A stretch of 13,657 bases of DNA from Promethearchaeia archaeon (lineage in GTDB: Archaea > Asgardarchaeota > Lokiarchaeia > Sigyniarchaeales > SOKP01). The translations under genes and the position numbers were made by a program. The notes under the pieces are model-generated. The model was not told where the DNA came from. It saw only the letters and a program-made list of their open reading frames with translations, and did no database searches. Shown here in pieces: positions 5,313-12,757 of this stretch (positions are counted from its first letter, which is position 1; every line of letters begins with the position of its first letter). Location: contig JAHQWH010000229.1 in the NCBI GenBank assembly GCA_029856105.1, positions 1-13,657 on the forward strand, written 5' to 3'.

Positions 5313-7178
5313 ATGAGAGAGAAAGAAAAATTCGAAAAAGTTGAGGAAACATATGAATCAATCCTCAATTCTATAGAAACTCAAAATCATAAGGAAACTT
5401 CAGATAGCTTCAAAACGCTAAGTAATATTGAAGCAAAATTTTTAGAAGAGCATAAGAGTAGAAAAAAAGAGGGTGTTTTTTACACTCAAAAAAATATTTC
5501 CGATTTTATGGTTTCTCAAGGGTTAAGTCTTTTTTTAAACAAGAATCTGAAGGATACTCAATTAAACAACTTGAAAGATATTTTTAAGTTAGAGGATAGC
5601 TTAAGAAAATTTTGCGAACAGAAACTATTGAATGCTTCAATCTTTGATCCTGCGTGCGGCTCTGGTGTGTTTCTCTTAAGTTCTGCTAATCAAATTTGCG
5701 AAATAATTAAAAAACTTAATTCTGAATTTGACGTAAATAAAATCAAGTTGGAAATTTTAGAAAATCTTTATGGCTCCGAAATAAATGATTCTGCTAGGAA
5801 ACTATGCATTTTAAAATTATTTAGGTGGTGTTATAACGAATCAAATCCATATAATTCTAGACTTTTATCAACTTTAAAGTCGAATATTTTGTTAGAAGAT
5901 AGTTTAAAGAAATCTAGCAAGCTTAAGTTTGATCTTATTATTGGAAACCCTCCTTATGGGAATATATTGGATGTAAATCAAAAAAAAAAATTAAAATTAG
6001 AAAATATTTTTTACAACGACATCTATTGCGCATTTTTACTAAAGTCTCTTGCGTGGACGGATGGAATAATAGGATATTTAGTACCAAAAAGCTTTCTATT
6101 AAGACAAGGCTACGTAATTTTTAGAGAAAATCTATTATCTATTGCGAATCTTCTCAGAATCTACGATATTGGTCCTAATCTTTTTAAAAAAGCAACGAAC
6201 GAAGTTCAAATTGTCTTTTACGAAAAAAAATTAAACTCGCTCAAAGACTTAAACATATATCAATACCCAAATATTAAAATTACTAAATATCAAAAACAAA
6301 ATGTTGATTCATTAAGAATATGCTTTAATTCAATGTGTCCTCTCAGTTCCCACAAAAAAAAGATTTACGTCTATACATGGGATAGAATATGCCCTTATTG
6401 CGATTCTAAAACCACTCCTTTAAACCGAATTAGAATTAAAACTAATAGAGAAATTTTAAACCTAATCAATAAAATAGAATTTACAGGGGATTTAAATTAT
6501 CTTAATATTAAAGATATCCCAAATATGATTCGCGGCGAAGAAGATAAAGGCCTAAGGCATTTATTGAGTTTAGTAGAAGGGAATACTAACAACTCATGCT
6601 TTTTTATTAAAGCAAAGGAAGATTTTGATTATTACAATTTTAAAAGGAATAAGTCGTTCAACATCGAAAACGCAAACCCAAAAATCTTAAAAGGGAAAAG
6701 TTTCGAGTATTATACCAATCCTAAGCTTTTAATTAAGCATAACAATATTTTTCCTCAAGCTACTTTCAGTAAGGAAAATATTTGTTTTACCTCTTCAATT
6801 TATTCGATAATAAGCGATGACCATATCGAATTAAAATTCTTATGCGCAATTTTAAATTCTTCGTTAATGCAATTCTATTGTCTTTATGGGATAAACAACC
6901 AAAAGAACACGACTATAAATTTAAATCAGTATATGATTAGACATTTACCAATTAAGAACGCTTCCCCAGATCAAAAAAAGTCTTTAAGCGAAAAAGTACA
7001 AACAATAATCCATTCTCTTATCGATAGCAACGGTAAATTGGGTGATAAAGCCATTCACTTATCAAGAGAGATTGACGATTTAATATTTAAATTATACGAT
7101 ATAATAGACGATGAAAGAGAGTTGATAATTTCAACTATTAAAAATCAAGTTGGTTTTTACAAAAGGGTATATGATTAA
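5313..7178 (+). CDS. Gamma-class N6-adenine DNA methyltransferase (M.TaqI/Eco57I-like) with C-terminal TaqI-type specificity domain; orphan
   Basis: Motif X GVFYT (5472-5486), motif I FDPACGSG (5643-5666), motif IV GNPPY (5943-5957). The TaqI_C-like tail includes PKLLIK, FLCAILNS, IRHLPI and EIDDLIFKLYDI. Confidence 0.92.
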   Translation: MREKEKFEKVEETYESILNSIETQNHKETSDSFKTLSNIEAKFLEEHKSRKKEGVFYTQKNISDFMVSQGLSLFLNKNLKDTQLNNLKDIFKLEDSLRKFCEQKLLNASIFDPACGSGVFLLSSANQICEIIKKLNSEFDVNKIKLEILENLYGSEINDSARKLCILKLFRWCYNESNPYNSRLLSTLKSNILLEDSLKKSSKLKFDLIIGNPPYGNILDVNQKKKLKLENIFYNDIYCAFLLKSLAWTDGIIGYLVPKSFLLRQGYVIFRENLLSIANLLRIYDIGPNLFKKATNEVQIVFYEKKLNSLKDLNIYQYPNIKITKYQKQNVDSLRICFNSMCPLSSHKKKIYVYTWDRICPYCDSKTTPLNRIRIKTNREILNLINKIEFTGDLNYLNIKDIPNMIRGEEDKGLRHLLSLVEGNTNNSCFFIKAKEDFDYYNFKRNKSFNIENANPKILKGKSFEYYTNPKLLIKHNNIFPQATFSKENICFTSSIYSIISDDHIELKFLCAILNSSLMQFYCLYGINNQKNTTINLNQYMIRHLPIKNASPDQKKSLSEKVQTIIHSLIDSNGKLGDKAIHLSREIDDLIFKLYDIIDDERELIISTIKNQVGFYKRVYD

Positions 7179-7202
7179 CTTATAATTAATGCAATAATCT
7201 TT

Positions 7203-8231
7203 TCATTCTTCCAATTTTAGGATGAAATCACACACAGAATCCCCTGTGCCGATAAACTTCTCTCTCGTGCATTTAATTTTAGGGTTGAATTCCTTTATTA
7301 CTGGTTCTAAATATGGGATGCACATTTCTTTACAAATTGACTCTATTCTGTGGTGTCTATCTGGATTTCTTTCCATAGCTTCGATATAAGGACATTTGGT
7401 GATGTTTATTACTGCCCTATTCTCGCTTTCTTGAAAGATTTCGTGGATATTGCCTTCACAATTCCATACAAAAGAAAGAATTTCTATTAACTCGTTTAGA
7501 GAATTTCCTTCGAGCTTTAAATATTTTTTTACTCTACGAAATATGATCCTATATAATCTCTGCCATACAATTATATCAAGTTTTAGAGCCGTATCCCAGT
7601 CTATCTCGTTTTCGGTTTCTATTACCCACAACCCGTCGAGCGTTCTAAAATTTCTTTCAAAATAAAACAATTTATCTTCTTTACTAATTCTCCTAAAAGG
7701 CCTAATAGATTCTTCTTTTTCTTCTTCGCTTATAAGAGATTTATTCAAATGAAAGTTGAAATCGCAGAAATTATCACCTAATCCCATGTACATAGTTCTT
7801 TTTACAACTATATCAGTATTGAAATCTTTAATAATAGTTTTATAGAATGGAATGCACATGTCTTTACAGATTAAAGAAATTTTATCTTGCCGTTCTGGAT
7901 TTCGATCCATAGCCGCTTTGTAAGGGCATTTTTTAATTATTATTTCTGCTTTATCGGATTCATTTTGTCTTAGTTCATAATCCCAACCTTCTGTAGACCA
8001 TCGAAAAGTAAGAATTTCAATTAAGTCGTTAAGATTATTTGTCTCGATCTTCAAATATTTTTTTAGCCTTCGAATAATGACTTTTAACAACTTATTCCAC
8101 ACAGCTAAATCAATCTTTAATGCGACCTTCCAATCTGTTTCCTCTTCCGTTTCTATCATCCAAAGTCCATCTAGAGTAAAAAAACTTCTTTCAAAAAAAA
8201 ATAATTTGTCTTCTGAGCTTAAATTTCTCAT
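7203..8231 (-). CDS. Tandem DUF6125-like protein (V4R/ATC-hydrolase-like 4-Cys domain, two copies)
   Basis: Two homologous halves (aa 1-162 and 179-342), each with F-x-T-L-D-G-L-W and CPY…C-x3-C…G-D-x2-C-D-F. Confidence 0.8.
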   Translation of the reverse strand: MRNLSSEDKLFFFERSFFTLDGLWMIETEEETDWKVALKIDLAVWNKLLKVIIRRLKKYLKIETNNLNDLIEILTFRWSTEGWDYELRQNESDKAEIIIKKCPYKAAMDRNPERQDKISLICKDMCIPFYKTIIKDFNTDIVVKRTMYMGLGDNFCDFNFHLNKSLISEEEKEESIRPFRRISKEDKLFYFERNFRTLDGLWVIETENEIDWDTALKLDIIVWQRLYRIIFRRVKKYLKLEGNSLNELIEILSFVWNCEGNIHEIFQESENRAVINITKCPYIEAMERNPDRHHRIESICKEMCIPYLEPVIKEFNPKIKCTREKFIGTGDSVCDFILKLEE

Positions 8232-8263
8232 GATTTAATCTCGTTTAAAGATTTTATCCATAA

Positions 8264-9124
8264 TTATTGAATTTTAAAAATTCGTTTAGCATTATTAAAA
8301 AAAATATTTTCGTAAAAAGTCCTAGGTAACTCCATTTCTAGTAATCCTTTTGTAGAATTTTCGTAGTCGTAGGGGATATTAGGGAAATCAGAGCCAAAAA
8401 GTATTCGATCTTGATAAGATAATAATACATCCGGTTTGGGACGCTTTGTTCCTCTTTCAGGAAATATGTTATTAGGTATGTAAATCATAGTGGTATCCAA
8501 ATAGAGGTTCTCGTGTTTATCTAATAGTTTTAGAAATTTATCGTATTCAAAAGCACCCATATGAGCTACTATTATATTCATTTCTGGATATTTTTCAAAA
8601 AAATTCATAAAATTTTTGTATCCTACGTACTGGTTTCGATAAGGCGCGGTTCCTATGTGAACAGTCATCCATTTACCTCTATCGACAATTAAGTCATACA
8701 CCTCATATAAGCGATTGTCGTTTAGGTAGAAGTTCTGGACTAATGGTTGAATTTTTATACCGTAAAAATCGTATTCGTCGAAAGTTTTTTTAATATATTC
8801 AACGAGATTATTATCTTCTGGCCAAACACAAGCAAATGGAATAGAATTTTTATAGTTTTGATTAAATTCGTAAGTCCAATCGTTAATGTATTCTGCTACC
8901 CCTGCCTTGTGAGCATAATTATATGTAGTAAAATGTTCTATATTTTTACTTTCAAGAATTTTTACTAAATCTTCCGTTGGTAGCTTGTAATTAATTGACC
9001 ATCCTTTTACTTTGTTTTCATTATCTCGTTGTTCAAAGTAATTCCAAATTGCTTCAAATATTTGCGGTGGGAAAAAGTGGCAGTGTGAATCAATGTATTT
9101 GAAATCGTTATGCGTATAGCTCAT
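8264..9124 (-). CDS. Metal-dependent TIM-barrel amidohydrolase (Amidohydro_2 family)
   Basis: IDSHCH, GIKIQP, VHIG, IIVAHMG, LYLDTT and RILFGSDFP. I moved the start to ATG 9124 (MSYTHND), which removes the overlap with the antiporter and puts a TATA-like TTTTATTC 21 nt upstream. Confidence 0.92.
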   Translation of the reverse strand: MSYTHNDFKYIDSHCHFFPPQIFEAIWNYFEQRDNENKVKGWSINYKLPTEDLVKILESKNIEHFTTYNYAHKAGVAEYINDWTYEFNQNYKNSIPFACVWPEDNNLVEYIKKTFDEYDFYGIKIQPLVQNFYLNDNRLYEVYDLIVDRGKWMTVHIGTAPYRNQYVGYKNFMNFFEKYPEMNIIVAHMGAFEYDKFLKLLDKHENLYLDTTMIYIPNNIFPERGTKRPKPDVLLSYQDRILFGSDFPNIPYDYENSTKGLLEMELPRTFYENIFFNNAKRIFKIQ

Positions 9125-9173
9125 CAAGAATATGAATTGTTCAATGAATAAAAGTTTTAAATAGAAAATAAGA

Positions 9174-10151
9174 TTAAATTTCTGCCAAAAAAACATTAAT
9201 AATGATAAAAACAAAAAAGATGACCAACAAAATTAATCCATCTTTTTTGGTAAGCTTTTCTCTTCTAGAAGAAAGGTTGAAATATAAGATAATTGTTAAT
9301 AAAATTAACCAATTCCATAGTAATATTAATTTAAAAGATATATTCGTCATAATAACTCCGCTAATTCCGAAAGTGATTGTCAAATTCCAAATTAATTTAC
9401 CAATCATACCTCCGAAACCAATATCTGCGGACATTTTCTTTATGGATTTTAAAATCAAGGTTAATTCCTCTACGTTAGTAACGAACCCTATAATAATAAA
9501 CCCAAAAAACGCTTCGGGTATATGTAGGATATCAATAATTTGACCTGCAGATAAAATTAGTAATTCTCCTCCAATTAAAATAAAGATAAAACCAATAAAT
9601 ACTAATATAATCTTCCTTATTTTTGAGGCTCTTTGTAATTCCATCGGTTCTCTTTCGTTAAATTTTATGTAATCTTCGATATCTCCTGTATTTCTATCCT
9701 TTTCTTGGGAGTAATGTCTAAGATTCCTCAAAAAATAGATTATAAATATTCCTAAAGCGATTAAACCTGATACAAACATAAAATTGTTAAATAGGAAGCT
9801 AAAAAGAAGATTAATTAATAAAATATATAATATGATTAAGTAAAATCTTGATAGAGATTTAATCTTCAATGTGTAGAAGAGTAAAGATAAGGAAAATGGT
9901 AAAGTCATAGCAATTATAGAATTACCAACTACATTTCCAATAGAAACGTAAGGTAGTCCGTTAATAGCAGCGATTATGGACGCGATTGATTCTTCAGGAT
10001 CAATTCCAAGAACCAAAATTCCAATAATGAAAGGTGATAAATTGTAGATAATACAAATATCTTTCAAATTATCTAAAAAGATGTCAGCAGAAAAAAAAAT
10101 AATAAAATAACTTCCGATAAAAAATATAATCCAAAAAGTTATTCCTAACAT
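9174..10151 (-). CDS. CaCA superfamily (YrbG/NCX-like) cation exchanger with divergent alpha repeats
   Basis: About 10 TM segments in two homologous halves around a hydrophilic loop. Alpha-1: GIDPEESIAS…SIGNVVGNSI. Alpha-2: FVTNVEEL…GFGGMIGKLIWN. Confidence 0.88.
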   Translation of the reverse strand: MLGITFWIIFFIGSYFIIFFSADIFLDNLKDICIIYNLSPFIIGILVLGIDPEESIASIIAAINGLPYVSIGNVVGNSIIAMTLPFSLSLLFYTLKIKSLSRFYLIILYILLINLLFSFLFNNFMFVSGLIALGIFIIYFLRNLRHYSQEKDRNTGDIEDYIKFNEREPMELQRASKIRKIILVFIGFIFILIGGELLILSAGQIIDILHIPEAFFGFIIIGFVTNVEELTLILKSIKKMSADIGFGGMIGKLIWNLTITFGISGVIMTNISFKLILLWNWLILLTIILYFNLSSRREKLTKKDGLILLVIFFVFIIINVFLAEI

Positions 10152-10174
10152 TGAAATTATATAACATATCGTAG

Positions 10175-10182
10175 TATAAAAA
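10175..10182 (-). promoter_or_regulatory. TATA box for a leaderless antiporter transcript
   Basis: TTTTTATA on the minus strand ends 23 nt before ATG 10151. Confidence 0.55.
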
Positions 10183-10223
10183 ACTGTTCAGTATAAATCA
10201 GATTTTCAATTAGCTATATTCGA

Positions 10224-10256
10224 ATAATAATAAAAATAATAAAGAAAAGGAAAAAA
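10224..10256 (-). terminator. Oligo-T terminator of the RHH gene
   Basis: The minus strand reads TTTTTTCCTTTTCTTTATTATTTTTATTATTATT just after the TAA at 10260. Confidence 0.5.
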
Positions 10257-10259
10257 TTT

Positions 10260-10415
10260 TTATTCTTTCCTCAGAAGGGTACTGAGTTCAATTTTGAGTA
10301 AATCTCTAATTGCAACGCGAATAACTTCTGAACGGTTAGGATACATGTTCATGTTAACTAATTCTTCAATTCCTTTTAGATAGGCTTCTGGAATATGGCA
10401 TGTTATGAGCTTTAT
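10260..10415 (-). CDS. Ribbon-helix-helix (CopG/Arc/MetJ) regulator, CdrS-like, 51 aa; not in the supplied ORF track
   Basis: Manual translation: (M)KLITCHIPEAYLKGIEELVNMNMYPNRSEVIRVAIRDLLKIELSTLLRKE*. It has an N-terminal beta strand and the archaeal RHH signature YPNRSExIRxAIRDLL. Start is ATA 10415; the alternative in-frame GTG 10424 lies inside the SD. Confidence 0.93.
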   Translation of the reverse strand: MKLITCHIPEAYLKGIEELVNMNMYPNRSEVIRVAIRDLLKIELSTLLRKE

Positions 10416-10419
10416 TAAA

Positions 10420-10427
10420 ACCACCTT
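10420..10427 (-). promoter_or_regulatory. Shine-Dalgarno site (AAGGTGGT) of the RHH gene
   Basis: The only G-rich patch in an AT-rich leader. GGTGG ends 5 nt before the ATA. Confidence 0.6.
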
Positions 10428-10847
10428 ATAAACTGTTAATTATGTTGTTTTTAATATCTAAGCACGAAAACAGAATAATATATCCGTATAATACTAGAAT
10501 AATATATTTAGAATACCTAAACATTTCACGAATATATATCCTAACTAAATTCAAATTCTTTAATAAGAATGAATTAAAGATTTCTATTTTAAAGCCAATA
10601 AATGTTTCAATTACCTTTATTTTTTATATTTTGAGAGAATTCACTTAGATTTTTTTGCGAAACTTATGAAATGATTGAATATGTACAGAGTTGAGGTAAA
10701 CAATTTAAAGAATAATAATCCAAAAAAATGGAATTCAAATGTTCTAATATTTTAGAAATAATAAGTTTTTATATCGATTAATGATATATATCCATAAGTG
10801 AGATATTCTTTTTATATCACACAAATTTAAACAAAAATTGAGAAAAA

Positions 10848-11906
10848 ATGTCAGAAACAGTAATTAAACTAGAAAACTTAACGAAAAAATTTGGCAATTT
10901 TACCGCAGTAGACAGCATAAATCTCGAAGTATGTAGAGGAGAAACTATCGGACTGGTAGGTCCTAACGGCGCTGGAAAAACGACTACTATCAAAATGATT
11001 GCGAAAATTCTTCGACCAAATTCAGGGCAAATACTAATTAAAACGAACGGAAGCGAATTAAAAGACTTGCAACATGTATCAAGTACAGTTAGCCAAATAG
11101 GGTTTTTAATCGATATACCTAATTTTTACAATATGACAGCCTATCAGCTACTCAAGTACTTTGGAAAAATTCAGAGATATCCTAAGAATAAATTAGAAAA
11201 CCGAATCGACGAACTTTTAATGTTTTTTAAGCTTTCAGAGTGGAAATTTGAGAGAGTTAGAAATTTTTCTAAAGGGATGACACAAAAATTAGGAATCATT
11301 CAAGCAATTCTCCACGATCCAGACATTATAATTTTAGACGAGCCACAAACTGGATTAGACCCACTTGCAAGGATAGAAATACGTAAATATCTCAGAAAAC
11401 TTCAGTCCTTAGGAAAAACTATCTTTGTAGCATCACATATGCTCTACGAGATTTCTGAAGTATGTGATAAAATTGCTCTGATTAATTATGGAAAAATAAT
11501 TGGATTTGATACTGTTGAGAACTTAGCACTTACCTTAAAAACAAGTGAGTTAAATTGCCTGACGCTCAAACCACTGGATGCAGAGAAATTGGCTCCTTTA
11601 CTTAGTCGAATGGTTGAAAAACTTAATCCTTATTTAGATCAGAATTTAGACCCAAATATATCTAAAATTCCAATAAAGTATAACCCTTTACATCAAGGAT
11701 TTAAACTGTATTTTGATGGAAAAAACGACTCTAAAGGAGAAATCTTGAAAATTTTAGTGAACGAATTCGAGTCAGATTTCACAGTTATTTCATTTACTCA
11801 ACCGAAAACTAGTCAACTTGAAAGAGTTTATTCACAAATGGTAAAAGGTAGCACACCAGAAGAACCTAGTAAACTAAAAGGAGATGATATTAGAAATGAG
11901 CAATGA
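10848..11906 (+). CDS. ABC transporter ATP-binding protein (CcmA/drug-exporter type)
   Basis: Walker A GPNGAGKT, signature FSKGM, Walker B IIILDEP, H-loop ASH, and a ~120-aa C-terminal extension. Confidence 0.96.
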   Translation: MSETVIKLENLTKKFGNFTAVDSINLEVCRGETIGLVGPNGAGKTTTIKMIAKILRPNSGQILIKTNGSELKDLQHVSSTVSQIGFLIDIPNFYNMTAYQLLKYFGKIQRYPKNKLENRIDELLMFFKLSEWKFERVRNFSKGMTQKLGIIQAILHDPDIIILDEPQTGLDPLARIEIRKYLRKLQSLGKTIFVASHMLYEISEVCDKIALINYGKIIGFDTVENLALTLKTSELNCLTLKPLDAEKLAPLLSRMVEKLNPYLDQNLDPNISKIPIKYNPLHQGFKLYFDGKNDSKGEILKILVNEFESDFTVISFTQPKTSQLERVYSQMVKGSTPEEPSKLKGDDIRNEQ

Positions 11907-12756
11907 AAATGAAACTGATTCTCTTTTTGGTTTAACCCCTATTTTTCATACAATTATCTTTGAAATGAAAAAACAGAGAAAAAAACTCTACTTTTTTACA
12001 GTAGTCACAATCTTAATTGCAGTGTTAATAAGCTATATCTTGCAGCTTTTCCCTGAATATCTCTTATCAGACACACAAGCGGAGTTCTTTAGTGGGGGAT
12101 TAAACTTTATATCGTTTATAACATTATTTGCTGCATGTTTGTTTTTTTCAGGGATTATCTGTTCTGAATTTAACAAAAGAACAGGCTTTATAGTTTTTCC
12201 AAAAATAAACAAATATAAATTGATAATAGGGAAATATCTTGGAAATTTAATCCTAGTGATAATTATTGTTACCATTTACTACTTCGTTCTCGGGCTTTTT
12301 GGTTTCTTTTATTACGGTGGTCCAATTAATATTCGAATCTTCTATTCGTATGGTTTTGCCATACTATATGTAATTGCGCTAAGCAGCTTTGTTACCCTAT
12401 TTAGTTCTTTTATGAAAAATGTGAATGTAACGATCATTATAACTTTAATAATACTTCTTATGGGATTTAATATAGCTGACCAGATTGTTACACTAATATA
12501 TGCTGATACTTTTGAACCTCTATACTCTTTAGCCTATTTAGGTAATTTAATTACTTCCGTACTCCAGAATCCATTTCCAGATCCAAGATATGTCGAATAT
12601 TCATTTGGTGGAATGGGTCCTGGCGGTATGGGGGGCGATTTTTCATTCGGTACTTGGGTAACACCAAGTATTTTTATGGGAACAACATTACTGCTCGTAT
12701 ATATCGTAGCTTGTTTCAGCTTAGCAGCAATTTTATTCAAAAGGAGGCAATTGTAA
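11896..12756 (+). CDS. ABC-2 type permease (6 TM)
   Basis: Six hydrophobic segments with the loop motif IICSEFNKRTG…PKINKYKLIIGKYLG. It overlaps the ATPase stop. I prefer ATG 11896 because ATG 11884 lies within the SD-like GGAGATGAT. Confidence 0.92.
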   Translation: MSNENETDSLFGLTPIFHTIIFEMKKQRKKLYFFTVVTILIAVLISYILQLFPEYLLSDTQAEFFSGGLNFISFITLFAACLFFSGIICSEFNKRTGFIVFPKINKYKLIIGKYLGNLILVIIIVTIYYFVLGLFGFFYYGGPINIRIFYSYGFAILYVIALSSFVTLFSSFMKNVNVTIIITLIILLMGFNIADQIVTLIYADTFEPLYSLAYLGNLITSVLQNPFPDPRYVEYSFGGMGPGGMGGDFSFGTWVTPSIFMGTTLLLVYIVACFSLAAILFKRRQL

Positions 12757-12757
12757 A

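Noticed and set aside
8244-8256. Identical 13-mer AAAATCTTTAAAC upstream of the DUF6125 gene (minus strand) and at 1775-1787 (plus strand)
   Set aside because: It looks like a generic BRE-TATA-type AT-rich word, and the distances to the start codons (about 11 and 98 nt) are inconsistent. This is too weak to call a shared operator.
9125-9214. 30-aa hydrophobic N-terminal extension of the amidohydrolase (apparent signal or TM)
   Set aside because: It overlaps the antiporter 3' end and the likely promoter. The family begins just before the DxHxH motif, so ATG 9124 fits better.
10442-10648. 68-aa plus-strand ORF in the RHH/ABC spacer
   Set aside because: Its I/F/K/N/Y-rich composition reflects AT-rich promoter DNA. 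It has no SD and overlaps the RHH promoter and repeats.
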